From an uncultured virus (IMG/VR IMGVR_UViG_2788500352_000001) (lineage: Duplodnaviria; Heunggongvirae; Uroviricota; Caudoviricetes): a stretch of DNA of 64,000 bases. Positions 9,152-18,692 of this stretch are shown here, in pieces. The notes under the pieces were generated by a model. The model saw only the letters and a program-made list of their open reading frames with translations. It had not been told where the DNA came from and searched no databases. A program made the translations under genes and the position numbers. The DNA is taken from IMG/VR virus record IMGVR_UViG_2788500352_000001, one strand, 5' to 3'. Within the stretch, counting starts at the first letter, position 1, and each line of letters opens with the position of its first letter.

Positions 9152-11073
9152 CAGGCCGTCACAATATCGCTCATGCGGCAGAAGCTCTCCGGATGCCGCA
9201 CAGCAACATCAATGGACTGCAACGCGCGGATTTCAACGCCGCCGTTGTCGTATGCCGTCTGGCTGTACGGGTTGGGAAGCAGTTCCACCACGCCCCATTC
9301 GCCGATCACCAGGTCAGACCAGTTGCCGAAGAAGAGTTCGGAGCAGTTCGTGGCCGTGCCCTTCGTAAGGTTCTTGCGCACCTGATTACTGCGGGCGACC
9401 GGATAGCCGTTCAGTTCGCCGGGAATGCCGTTCTTCACAGTCTCGGTGATCGTCTTCCAGATGTACTGCTTGTTGCCGTCCTTGATTTTCTTCATGGCAC
9501 CGATGGTCACGGCGTTGGCAAGGTAAGCCATCGTGGCCACGTCTGCGTTGGCATCGGCCACCAGTGTTTCCATTTCGATCAGGTGGTCGAAGTCAATGGG
9601 AGCACCGTTTTCGCCGCCTTCGACCGTCAGGATGCCGGCCTGGTTGGCAACGCCAAGAGGCATACCGTCTTCACCGGAACCGCAGAGCGCGGCAAGGTCA
9701 AGGCCGAGGGCAATGGCCGTAATGAGTTCACGGCGGACAAAGCTTTCAACACCGATGGAGGGCTGCATCAGCATATTGCGGGACACAAAGGACTTGGCCG
9801 CAATGGTCTTCATCTTGAGAGGCACCTTGTCAAAGGTAGCACCGGACTTACTGACAGTGCCGGTTTCGCTGATCCACTGGGTGTTGGCTACGCCCGTCTG
9901 ACGCGGAATTTCAACGTTGCCGACAAGCCCCGTGAGCATCGTGGCCCCCAGGCGCGTCACCATGGCCTTTGCTCGCAGCGCTTCAATAAAGGAGCCGGCA
10001 AGAAGCTTCGTCTCAACAAGGTTGCCGCCCTGTGCGGCCGTACCGACAAGGTAATCGCCGGCATCACGGCGACCTGTGAGGGAAATGTCCGTGGGCATGA
10101 AGAAGCCGTTGGTTTCTCTGCCCATGCGGCGGGAGAGTTCCACGGAGACTTCGCGTTCAAAGCCTGCTGCACGCCAGTCGTTGTTAAGCGATGCGTTCAG
10201 CGCACGGACAATGCTGTACTGCCCCTTTTCTTCCGGTGTGAGACCAAGGTTCAGATCCTCGGCCACACGGCTCTTGGGGTCGGCTACAGACGTTGCGCTG
10301 CGCGTGCGCAGCTCTTCCATAACCGCTGCACGGGCTTCGTCGAGCGTGCGTCCTTCATTGATCAAGGCGTCACGGCGATCCTGGCTGACATGGAAATCGC
10401 GGCACATTGTTTCGATGCCGCGGATACGGGCTCGTTCAGCGCTGCGCACCTGATCTTCATTGACGCGGATTTCAGCTGGATTGGCATCAACTTTCAGGGC
10501 GCGCGTTTCGTCCTTCACCTGTTCAGGCTGCATCATCTTCTTTTCCTCGGGCATAGTGTTTCCCTCTTCCTTCTGTTGTTTACTCAAACTCCGATAAACG
10601 CCGACAGAAGGATCTGCCGGCACCGTTACCAAAGACACTTCAAAAATTTCCCAATCGGTCGCACGGCGCGTCTGTTCGTCCGGCTTATCCCAGGCAAACA
10701 CGCGGTATCCGACCGACACATTGACCAACACACGGTCCTTCACCAGATCCAGCGCCCGGCTACCTTCTTCTGTTTTGGCAAACCGCGCCCGAATGTAAGT
10801 TCGGTGTTCGTCCTGCTCAATGCCGTCAACGACACCGAGCAGACGATCCCAGTCGTGGTTAAAGAGCAGCGGCATTGACCGCTGGCGGTCACCGGTTCTC
10901 ATCGCTCCGGGTTCATGACTCAGAACCTCAAAGAGCCCGCGATACATCTCCACAGGTGCATCGGATACGGCTGGAAAGCGGAATGTCCGCGCCTCTTCGT
11001 TCACATCGGCATCCGAAGCCGCAAGCGATCTGTACCGCAGCTCCTCGGATTCCTTCGGCGTTTCTTTCGTCAT
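9151..11073 (-). CDS. Fused prohead protease + major capsid protein (HK97 fold)
   Basis: N-terminal LLFNHD, VSVGY, EVSLVTVPAD protease motifs; C-terminal GELNGYPV, FFGNWSDL, DVAVRHPESF capsid motifs. Confidence 0.93.
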   Translation of the reverse strand: MTKETPKESEELRYRSLAASDADVNEEARTFRFPAVSDAPVEMYRGLFEVLSHEPGAMRTGDRQRSMPLLFNHDWDRLLGVVDGIEQDEHRTYIRARFAKTEEGSRALDLVKDRVLVNVSVGYRVFAWDKPDEQTRRATDWEIFEVSLVTVPADPSVGVYRSLSKQQKEEGNTMPEEKKMMQPEQVKDETRALKVDANPAEIRVNEDQVRSAERARIRGIETMCRDFHVSQDRRDALINEGRTLDEARAAVMEELRTRSATSVADPKSRVAEDLNLGLTPEEKGQYSIVRALNASLNNDWRAAGFEREVSVELSRRMGRETNGFFMPTDISLTGRRDAGDYLVGTAAQGGNLVETKLLAGSFIEALRAKAMVTRLGATMLTGLVGNVEIPRQTGVANTQWISETGTVSKSGATFDKVPLKMKTIAAKSFVSRNMLMQPSIGVESFVRRELITAIALGLDLAALCGSGEDGMPLGVANQAGILTVEGGENGAPIDFDHLIEMETLVADANADVATMAYLANAVTIGAMKKIKDGNKQYIWKTITETVKNGIPGELNGYPVARSNQVRKNLTKGTATNCSELFFGNWSDLVIGEWGVVELLPNPYSQTAYDNGGVEIRALQSIDVAVRHPESFCRMSDIVTA

Positions 11074-11099
11074 CCTTGTCTCCAATAAAAAACCGACGA

Positions 11100-12608
11100 T
11101 CACTCGTCGGCCTTTTCCTTCTTCTCTTCTTCCGGCTTTATCTTCACCGGCTGATCAAAGTTGAGCCCTAGTTCGGCCGCACGCTCGCGGTCGCTCTGAA
11201 TTGCCTTATCCACGTCCTCGCGGTCCTGACCGTTTCCGATCGCCGCGATCACATCACTTCGGCTCATGAAGCCATGCTGGACAGCAAGCGCATAGGCCTG
11301 AACTTCCTTCGCCGGATCAACCCAAGACCAGCCGCGCGGCTTAAAGCGCACTTCCTGATACCGTGACTTGTTGTTGAAGTAGTCCGGGATATCCACCGCT
11401 CCGGAAAGAACGGCCGCATCGAGCCACCTCCGGTAAATCGGCGTCAGGTAGTTGCGGATCAGCCACCCCTGCAGCACACGCCAGAGATCCCGCTCGTTTA
11501 AAAGCGCCAAACGACTGCTGGAGTAGTTGCTCTGGCTGTAATCCCGGCTCAAAGCCTCATAGGAGACGCCGACACCGGCCGCCACTTCGCGCAGCATGTA
11601 GCGCATGAAAGGGTCAAGGTTGGCATTGGGGCGACTCGGAGAGAATCCCTCAAAGCTTTCACCAGGGAGTAATCGCTGGAAAAGCCCTGGAGAGCTCTTC
11701 ACAATCGGCTGCTCGCGTGCTCTCTTGATGATCTCTTCGGTACCTTCTGCACCACAGACGTCAATCCCCTGCTTCACAAAACCGACGATGTTGGCCGCCG
11801 CCCTTGCCGCGACGAGTTCGGACTCGGTGTAGCCGCCCATATCCCTCATCTTCCGAAGCGCCATGTGCATCCACGGCACACCTCGGGTTTGCGGCCAGCG
11901 CTTCACGATGTACATGTGAAGGATCTCATCAGCCGCGATGCGTCGAATCGTGGCCGCAGCCGGACTGCTCAGAAACGTCGTGTCCCCTGGATGTGTTGTC
12001 CGCATCCAGTAGGCCAGAGGCCGGTGCCACTCGTTCACCTCAACACCAAGCCGCACCGTTGAACCCTGTCGGGTCTGAAAAGTACCGCTCGCCTGATCAA
12101 GCAGCAGATCCGGCTCAATGAGATCAAGCGCAAACGGAATACGGCCTCCGCCGAAAGCCTTGGGAACGATCCGTACCAGGGCTTCGCCGTCAGAGAACAC
12201 GCCGCCCACGGCCACCCGCAGGAGATCTGTGAGAGACAGAAGTCCCGCCGTATGGCAGGTATTGCGATCCGACCATTCAGCCCAAGCCGCTTCAATACGG
12301 TCATTGATGGCCGCGTCCGGCTTTCCGTCAGCTCCAGTCACCAGACACTGCAGCCCGATTCCGGTCCCCACGACGTTGTCCTCAATGATGCGTTGCAAGT
12401 TTGCCGCGTGAGGATTGTCACGGATCATTTGCCGACTGCGGTTGCGCATCGTCTCAAGGCTGCCGGCAAGCTCTGTGTCTTCACTCGACCCTCCGGCCAT
12501 CCAGTCACTGGTGAGACGGCCGCCCGCGGCTGCAGCGTACTGACGCTCAACGTACTCACCGATTTTCTGCCTTCGGGCCAGCGTCCGAAAATAATTGAAC
12601 AGTTTCAT
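11100..12608 (-). CDS. Portal protein, lambda family
   Basis: QTRGVPW, YEALSRDYSQSNYSSSR, WSWVDPAKE motifs. Confidence 0.96.
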   Translation of the reverse strand: MKLFNYFRTLARRQKIGEYVERQYAAAAGGRLTSDWMAGGSSEDTELAGSLETMRNRSRQMIRDNPHAANLQRIIEDNVVGTGIGLQCLVTGADGKPDAAINDRIEAAWAEWSDRNTCHTAGLLSLTDLLRVAVGGVFSDGEALVRIVPKAFGGGRIPFALDLIEPDLLLDQASGTFQTRQGSTVRLGVEVNEWHRPLAYWMRTTHPGDTTFLSSPAAATIRRIAADEILHMYIVKRWPQTRGVPWMHMALRKMRDMGGYTESELVAARAAANIVGFVKQGIDVCGAEGTEEIIKRAREQPIVKSSPGLFQRLLPGESFEGFSPSRPNANLDPFMRYMLREVAAGVGVSYEALSRDYSQSNYSSSRLALLNERDLWRVLQGWLIRNYLTPIYRRWLDAAVLSGAVDIPDYFNNKSRYQEVRFKPRGWSWVDPAKEVQAYALAVQHGFMSRSDVIAAIGNGQDREDVDKAIQSDRERAAELGLNFDQPVKIKPEEEKKEKADE

Positions 12609-13144
12609 AACACAAATTCCACATGCATCCGACGCGGATCAACACCACGCCGCCTGCAGCATTCGAGGTACACCTGTTTTTCCCAGTACTCGACCAGGTC
12701 CATCAGCTCTTTTGCGCTGTTGTACGTGAGATTTCGCGTACCGATGGTGTAGCTTTTGACGCGGGAACCACCTTTTGTGTAATCAGCAAGAGCCGCCTTT
12801 GCCTGAGCTAAACATTTTTGCGCTTCAGTCCGGTGGTCAAAGCCCTTGTCGGTCATGGCTGCAATCACACGAAAATCCCGCAGCGCAACCGTTTTCCGGT
12901 ACGAATCCCCGTAGGTCATCTGCATCAGGAGGATGGACTCCCCTTCCGGCAGCTTCTCTGACGCTTCCGGAGAAAGCTCAATGCGCACCGTATCGCTGCG
13001 TCTTTTCGCCGGCACCTTTACCAGGCAACCGGCAGCCGTCCGGATGAAAGCCGTTGGTTCGGCATCCGGATGCAGGCACTGAAAATGCTCTTTGACATTC
13101 ACCACCCACTCCCGGCTGTCCCCGGCAATAAGTCTCTCTACCAT
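12605..13144 (-). CDS. Head-tail adaptor with C-terminal gpW-like domain
   Basis: VKSYTIGTRNLTY motif; between terL and portal. Confidence 0.65.
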   Translation of the reverse strand: MVERLIAGDSREWVVNVKEHFQCLHPDAEPTAFIRTAAGCLVKVPAKRRSDTVRIELSPEASEKLPEGESILLMQMTYGDSYRKTVALRDFRVIAAMTDKGFDHRTEAQKCLAQAKAALADYTKGGSRVKSYTIGTRNLTYNSAKELMDLVEYWEKQVYLECCRRRGVDPRRMHVEFVL

Positions 13145-15150
13145 GAGTTGTTCCCGTTAAAGGCATTGAAGAAGTCGTCACGCGCTACCGGAGCCTCTTT
13201 CTTTTCTTTAGGCTTCTTCGGCGCTTCCGTCGACAACAAATCCATCTGCAGCTGTGTACTCTTTTCCTGATCCCACCGTGCCGGAGACCACAGATGAAGT
13301 TTCAGCGAACGTGCGGCATGAAGTGCGTAGACCTCACAGTCAAGCGCCTCATTGCGCACGCCTGACTTTTTCTGCCATACCCGCCGGGCGCTGTGACTCG
13401 CCGGAGCCTTCACTTCACTGGTGATCTGCTCCCAGTAGTCGGGACGCACCCCCTTGTACCAGTGCATACGTCCGGGGCCGCGTCCTTCGAGCTTGATGCG
13501 GCCGGCATTGGCATCCACACCGAGAAGAATGTCCTTTGCTCTGGATGTGCCGACAATAAAAGGCTTCAGGCCGAACTTCACGGACTTCTGTTGGCCGTTG
13601 AGATCAACAGAAGGTTTCGGCGTTGTGAAAATCTCCTTACTGTCATCGTTGACAGAAGAGCCTTTGATCGCCATGAAGCCACGGGCCATTCGCTTTCTAA
13701 CAAAGGTGTAAACGGCATCACTTGTCTGCCCGTCTGAAGAGTCAATGGAAACTGCACGGATACGCAGCTGCGTCCCGTTCGGTCCGGCGAACTTTCTCGA
13801 CAGGAGAGCATCCAGATCAGGCCATGCCCCTTTTTCCGGAAGCATGGTCTTACCGGAGATTTCGCCCCAGTACAAAAGCCAGGACTCTTCGCCCGGGCCC
13901 CACGCCCGGATGATGACCGCCAGGCGGTCATGCTGAACGTCCACGCCCGCCGTCAGCACACAGCCGACCTCGGGCACCGTGAGTTCGTCGTAATCCTCAA
14001 CGCGCTCAGCCAGTACATCCGGTTCCGGAAGTCCGCTCTTAAACGCATAAGGAAGCCCAAGCTGCGAGTTAAAGAAACTGCGCATCTTGGAGTCGTCACC
14101 CTGATCAAGCGCATGTTTGGCCGTCAGGTACTTATCCACCAGATTCCGGAAGCGAGATCCGGGAAACGGACTGTAGATCTCGTTGATGTAAAAGCCCGCT
14201 GTGTCGTTAAACGGTGCGGTGGCACGCCACACGCCCTGTCGCACGGCACGGTTTTTCTTTGCGTCATCCCAAACGGTCCCGCAATGAGGGCACACGTAAT
14301 AAGCTGAATCAAGCACCGCATGTCCGTACACCTCATGGTTGATGTTGGGATCTTCGTTCCACTTCACGTTGTCCCAGGACAAAACGCTTTCCTGACCGCA
14401 GTCTGGGCAAGGAACAAAGAACTTTCGTTTGTCAGACGTCTTGTAGGCCTGCTCCACGGCCGAGAATCCTTCGACCGTCGGAGTGCCGCCGTAAATCACC
14501 TTACTTCTGGCGAATGTTTTTGTTCGTTCAATAAGCAGCGTGATCGTGTCACCCTGCTCTTTAATGTTCGTGTTGCAGTCGTCCGGCTCTTCCACACAGA
14601 CCACCGGGGCCGGCGTCGACTTCACCGAGGACGGTGAGTTGGAACCTACGAGTTTCAGGAAGCCGCCGGGGAATCCCTTGAAATTCCATCGGTTGTTCTT
14701 GTCGCGTCTGGACGCAATCGGGATTTTCTCCATCAGGTGCGGAGTAGCCTCAATCATGGGCGTGAGCTTTTCGTCGTTGAACTCCTTGGCTCCGCCTTCT
14801 TTGGCAAACATCACAATCATCGGGCAGGGATCAATATCAATGCGCCTGCCGATGTAGTTAAGGAGCACGCCGTCAGTCCACGCCACCTGTGCAGACTTCT
14901 GAGCAACCACTCTGCGGACTGCCGGATCATCCAGCGCTGCGTGAATCCCCCTGATCCACGGCGTCAGACCCGCGTTGTACTTGCCCGGCGTTGCCGTTGA
15001 CTTCGCGCTCATTCCCCGGAAGGCTTCCGCCCACTCCGTGGTTCCCATCTTCTCCGGAGGCCGAATTACCTGCGCGAGCTTCTTCAGGATTTCCTGAATT
15101 GCCGGCGAGGTATCCGGACAGATGGTGAAGAGCGTTGTAGGTGTGTTCAT
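13138..15150 (-). CDS. Terminase large subunit, lambda GpA family
   Basis: KSAQVAWT Walker A variant, CPDC/CPHC zinc motifs, LTAGVDVQ, RNEALDC. Confidence 0.96.
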   Translation of the reverse strand: MNTPTTLFTICPDTSPAIQEILKKLAQVIRPPEKMGTTEWAEAFRGMSAKSTATPGKYNAGLTPWIRGIHAALDDPAVRRVVAQKSAQVAWTDGVLLNYIGRRIDIDPCPMIVMFAKEGGAKEFNDEKLTPMIEATPHLMEKIPIASRRDKNNRWNFKGFPGGFLKLVGSNSPSSVKSTPAPVVCVEEPDDCNTNIKEQGDTITLLIERTKTFARSKVIYGGTPTVEGFSAVEQAYKTSDKRKFFVPCPDCGQESVLSWDNVKWNEDPNINHEVYGHAVLDSAYYVCPHCGTVWDDAKKNRAVRQGVWRATAPFNDTAGFYINEIYSPFPGSRFRNLVDKYLTAKHALDQGDDSKMRSFFNSQLGLPYAFKSGLPEPDVLAERVEDYDELTVPEVGCVLTAGVDVQHDRLAVIIRAWGPGEESWLLYWGEISGKTMLPEKGAWPDLDALLSRKFAGPNGTQLRIRAVSIDSSDGQTSDAVYTFVRKRMARGFMAIKGSSVNDDSKEIFTTPKPSVDLNGQQKSVKFGLKPFIVGTSRAKDILLGVDANAGRIKLEGRGPGRMHWYKGVRPDYWEQITSEVKAPASHSARRVWQKKSGVRNEALDCEVYALHAARSLKLHLWSPARWDQEKSTQLQMDLLSTEAPKKPKEKKEAPVARDDFFNAFNGNNSW

Positions 15151-15553
15151 TCAAAATCGTGACATCGATGTCTGTTCCGTACAGGGTGTCAAGCTCCAAT
15201 TTCAGTTTGTCATCGCGCGCCAGAAGCTCCTGGCGAAATGCCGTGAAGACGTTCTCCAGCTCGGTCATCAGCTCGCCGATGTTGACAAGCTGTCGCCGCT
15301 TCTCCGCCAGCTGCAGCGTCTTGAGCTCGCGGTCAACGCGCTCGGTCATCGCGCGTTCCTTGTTGAGGTCGTACTCGCCGTCAATCGAGGCCTGCCCGGC
15401 CGCTACTTCCCTCAGTCGGGCGCAGTAAGCAAGGCGGACTTCATCAAGCGTCTTTTCCCGCCAATCGATCTGCAACTTGGAAAGCACTTTGGCAACCGCC
15501 TGTTTGCTGATGCCGAGATGGTTACCAATCTGTTCAAGTGTCAGTGGCTGCAT
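14927..15553 (-). CDS. Terminase small subunit (Nu1-like)
   Basis: N-terminal HTH then coiled coil (LREVAAG...DLNKERA); upstream of and overlapping terL. Confidence 0.8.
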   Translation of the reverse strand: MQPLTLEQIGNHLGISKQAVAKVLSKLQIDWREKTLDEVRLAYCARLREVAAGQASIDGEYDLNKERAMTERVDRELKTLQLAEKRRQLVNIGELMTELENVFTAFRQELLARDDKLKLELDTLYGTDIDVTILNEHTYNALHHLSGYLAGNSGNPEEARAGNSASGEDGNHGVGGSLPGNEREVNGNAGQVQRGSDAVDQGDSRSAG

Positions 15554-15594
15554 ACCGTGTCAACCCCCTTGGGGCGCTGGTGAGTAGTGAATTT

Positions 15595-15638
15595 TCGGGC
15601 GCTTCGCCGCCGCATCGGTTTGAGGCCGGGAAGGACCC
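15595..15638 (-). other. Putative lambda-type cos site (cosQ + cosN-like)
   Basis: Minus strand GGGTCCT-TCCCGG...TGCGGCGGCGAAGCGCCCG just upstream of terS, resembling lambda cosQ and GGGCGGCGACCT. Confidence 0.7.
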
Positions 15639-15751
15639 GCTCACGCGAGTGCCGCCCGGCTTCAGGAATAAAAAAGAGGCAGCCGAAGCCGCCCCAAGAC
15701 CCCGGCTCGCTCGGGAGATGAAACGAGCCTAAGGTAGCGAAATTCAATCAA

Positions 15752-15782
15752 TAAAAAAGCCCGCCGAAGCGAGCTCTTTTTT
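15752..15782. terminator. Bidirectional intrinsic terminator after HAD gene
   Basis: AAAAAAGCCCGC-CGAA-GCGAGCTCTTTTTT. Confidence 0.7.
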
Positions 15783-16692
15783 ATTTCTCAATCAAATGCC
15801 TTGGTGTGCCGGGCTTGTACTTATCAATTTCGGCCTGTTTAGCATCAATAAGCTTTTGGGCCTGCCCTTTGAGCCTTTGCATAATCCACATATACGCCGT
15901 TTTTCCCTTACGATAATCGGCCTCGGCATACATTTGCACACGTCCGTCGCGTCTCATATCCTCAACCTGACTCATGGCCTTTTCATCACCCTCGGGATAG
16001 ACAGCAAATGTTGCACCGCCTTTTTGATTGATTACCGAGAATGCCGGCACGTCACTGGGGCCATCAGCGACATAAATCATGTTGACGAACTGAACCCGCC
16101 GCTCGGCTTCATCGATCTTTGTATTCACGTCAATTTTGCTGTTTTTGTATTCAGCAATACCAACACCTTTATTGATCTCAAAAAGTGCCCTTGTTTTCGT
16201 TGTATTATCGATGCTGTAAGCGATTTCCTCGATCTCTCCACCAGCATTTTCAAGAAAATCACATCCCCAGATTTTTTCAACGTAAGGCGCTATGACGGTG
16301 CCCTCAATTACCTTGCGCAGCCCTGTGCTGACGATGTAGTTCTCAAACTTGATTCCATACTCGGAGTATGGCTTCTGTGTCGTCAAGTTTTTAATCTCCC
16401 GAAGAAGATCAATCGCACCTTCGTAAAACTTTTGCTCCTTGCCGTAACTTTTGAGTTTTTCGTTTGACAATCCTTGCAATCGCCTGTCTCTCACGTAACG
16501 AAGCATCAGATTCAGGTAAAAAGTGTCGGCATTTACAAAACAGTCACCCTTTTTGCACTCAGCAATTAGTTTTTCGTTCTCATCCCAAAAGCCGACAGGA
16601 TCAATTCTGTATTCGTTAAACATCGGGTCCTGCATGTAGCCGCTGATCAGCGTCTTATCAAAATCCCAAATTGTCGCGATTACATCAGACAT
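15781..16692 (-). CDS. HAD-superfamily hydrolase (moron)
   Basis: Motif I WDFDKT, motif II IVSTG, motif IV YVADGPSD; visibly more AT-rich than flanks. Confidence 0.85.
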   Translation of the reverse strand: MSDVIATIWDFDKTLISGYMQDPMFNEYRIDPVGFWDENEKLIAECKKGDCFVNADTFYLNLMLRYVRDRRLQGLSNEKLKSYGKEQKFYEGAIDLLREIKNLTTQKPYSEYGIKFENYIVSTGLRKVIEGTVIAPYVEKIWGCDFLENAGGEIEEIAYSIDNTTKTRALFEINKGVGIAEYKNSKIDVNTKIDEAERRVQFVNMIYVADGPSDVPAFSVINQKGGATFAVYPEGDEKAMSQVEDMRRDGRVQMYAEADYRKGKTAYMWIMQRLKGQAQKLIDAKQAEIDKYKPGTPRHLIEK

Positions 16693-16758
16693 AGAATCTC
16701 CGAAATTGTTCCCGTACCGACAGTCTAATCAGCGCATCCGCCGCAGCAAAAATTATAT

Positions 16759-16998
16759 TCAGGGAGAGGCCTCAGCCCTTGCCGGAGCTGAGGCCTCTGG
16801 AAACTGACTCAAGCGCGGGAATTCCGACGCTCCGCCAGTGTACTTAGCAGGTACTCGGTGCTGCGTCCTCAAAGCCAACTTAATCACAACCAGCTGCTTT
16901 AGAAACCATAAGAACGAAAGGAATGTGGCAACGAAACCCAAGAGCGCTGCTACCGCAAGAACGGCCAGTAGCCAGTACGCCATCACCACCTCCGTCAA
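16759..16998 (-). CDS. Small single-TM membrane protein (putative)
   Basis: Long hydrophobic N-terminus; GGAGG precedes the internal ATG (MAYWLL). Confidence 0.5.
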   Translation of the reverse strand: MTEVVMAYWLLAVLAVAALLGFVATFLSFLWFLKQLVVIKLALRTQHRVPAKYTGGASEFPRLSQFPEASAPARAEASP

Positions 16999-17014
16999 CA
17001 GGGTTCCGGATACG

Positions 17015-17044
17015 AAAAAACCCGCGCTTTCGCAACGGGTTTTT
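17015..17044 (-). terminator. tR'-like terminator after late promoter
   Basis: AAAAAACCCG...CGGGTTTTT hairpin ~45 nt downstream of predicted start site. Confidence 0.7.
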
Positions 17045-17092
17045 GACTCTCTCGACTGGCACTACCTACACGTAGCACCAAATTCTAGCGAA

Positions 17093-17121
17093 AATGTACC
17101 ATTTACCGGACAAACCGTCAA
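17093..17121 (-). promoter_or_regulatory. pR'-like sigma70 late promoter
   Basis: TTGACG-N17-TACATT at the end of the Q-like gene. Confidence 0.7.
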
Positions 17122-17507
17122 GCGGCCGCCTTAGCGGCATCGTTAGCCGCATCCCGGCGCATGCGAGCAGTATCAAGGGCTTCAGCCACTTTGTACTCCG
17201 CTCTCGTGACTCTTTTGCGCAACACCTCAACATCCAGGTCACACCAATCCGCAATATCGGTCAGAAGCACCTTGTTCGACCGGGGCCCAGTGACGTACAC
17301 AAGCACGATTGTCACCCGGTCATCCGGCGAGAGCTTCCGCAGCGCCGCATGCACCTCCCGCGCAAGCCGGTAGTCCTTCGGAATCCACGCCTCGGCATTG
17401 GCGGCCGCCACCGGCATCCCGTCCAGTGCCGGCGACTTGATCTGCCCCTCAGAGTCAATCCAGGCCGCCCACTCGCGCAAACGCCGCATCACCCATCTCA
17501 GGCGCAT
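17118..17507 (-). CDS. Late antiterminator Q-like protein
   Basis: RRLREWAAW N-terminus, C-terminal HTH; followed by promoter and terminator. Confidence 0.7.
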   Translation of the reverse strand: MRLRWVMRRLREWAAWIDSEGQIKSPALDGMPVAAANAEAWIPKDYRLAREVHAALRKLSPDDRVTIVLVYVTGPRSNKVLLTDIADWCDLDVEVLRKRVTRAEYKVAEALDTARMRRDAANDAAKAAA

Positions 17508-18085
17508 TTTTTCTCCTCCTCTGCCGGCTCATAGATGACCTTACCGGCGAGGATGTCAAGCACCCGCTGCGCATTCGCCACACCGACGCCCCGAGGCGTC
17601 TCCCGCGTGATCTCCGTCAGAATCCCATTCTTTACCGCGAGCTTCTGCGCCTTGATGTTCACAAACTTGGCCATGAGCTTTTGCATCCGGTTCGCATACG
17701 CCTGGAGAGGTTCCGCCGGGCCGCGCCGCAGCTCCTCGGCAGAGAATTCCTCCAGGAAGAGCGCCCGCTCAGCCAGACCCGGCAACAGCAAGGCCGTTTT
17801 CTTTGCTTCCTCACCAAGAGGCCACGCCAAAATCGTCTTAATCGCGTCATTCAACGCCAGGATCGGTTGCCAGCGGCTGATTTTGCTCACGAGCGGGATG
17901 CACTTCGGCTCATGGCACTCGGCATGAAAGATGCACTTGTAGCGCGGCAGGCCGTCTGCATAGCCGGCGAAGTCAAGCCCAATGTTCGGACACCCGCTGT
18001 AGCAACACATGTACCGTCCGCGACTCTCCTGAGCTTTGCCGGCATCGGCTACCTCTTTCTTCGTCTTTTCAAAAACATCGCTCAT
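17498..18085 (-). CDS. Hypothetical protein with Cys-rich N-terminus
   Basis: 195-aa ORF coupled to neighbours. Confidence 0.65.
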   Translation of the reverse strand: MSDVFEKTKKEVADAGKAQESRGRYMCCYSGCPNIGLDFAGYADGLPRYKCIFHAECHEPKCIPLVSKISRWQPILALNDAIKTILAWPLGEEAKKTALLLPGLAERALFLEEFSAEELRRGPAEPLQAYANRMQKLMAKFVNIKAQKLAVKNGILTEITRETPRGVGVANAQRVLDILAGKVIYEPAEEEKKCA

Positions 18086-18339
18086 GCCTTAATTCCCTTA
18101 CTTACATCGCCCGTGTTTAGCTTTTTGAGCCGATCGGCCGAATTCATGAACTCTGGTAGCCGCCTGCACAGAATTCGAGAATCAAACTTTTGTTGGCAGC
18201 CACAACTGGTGCAGATCAGGTACGTGAATGGACGATCTGCGGCCACAATCAGGCCGACACTTCGTCCACAAAACGGGCATTTGAGCCCATTCGGCTGCCC
18301 TTCCAAAAATGTCCTTACGTCTTTTGCGCTGTATCCCAT
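18082..18339 (-). CDS. Small zinc-ribbon protein
   Basis: CPFCG...CTSCG. Confidence 0.65.
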   Translation of the reverse strand: MGYSAKDVRTFLEGQPNGLKCPFCGRSVGLIVAADRPFTYLICTSCGCQQKFDSRILCRRLPEFMNSADRLKKLNTGDVSKGIKA

Positions 18340-18351
18340 CCGTCAGCCTCC

Positions 18352-18561
18352 TTACTTCCCGTAAACCCACACCACGAGCCAAAAGCCCCGCAACAGAAAC
18401 CCAATGGCAAGTAGTTCGCAACCCCACGCAGAGATCGCTGACAGCGTCCTATACAGGCTGCCCTCACGCGCGCCATCACTGTCTGAGGCAGCCCCCGCCC
18501 CAAGGAGAGCGCTGACAACGCCCAGAGACAGGACTCCGACAATCTCAAACACGGCTTCCAT
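18352..18561 (-). CDS. Small membrane protein
   Basis: Two hydrophobic segments, GGAGG RBS. Confidence 0.55.
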   Translation of the reverse strand: MEAVFEIVGVLSLGVVSALLGAGAASDSDGAREGSLYRTLSAISAWGCELLAIGFLLRGFWLVVWVYGK

Positions 18562-18692
18562 GTTTCCTCCAGTACGTCGGCACCGAGGGAAAGAGCTCAG
18601 GCTCTTTTTCCTTATCCCCCTTCACCGGCAGGGACGTCATCCAAAGCCCGATCACCGCGCCGGCCGCGGCCCCGATCAGGAAGCAAACAAGC

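Noticed and set aside
9193..10878. 561-aa plus-strand ORF
   Set aside because: Antisense shadow of the capsid gene; no motifs
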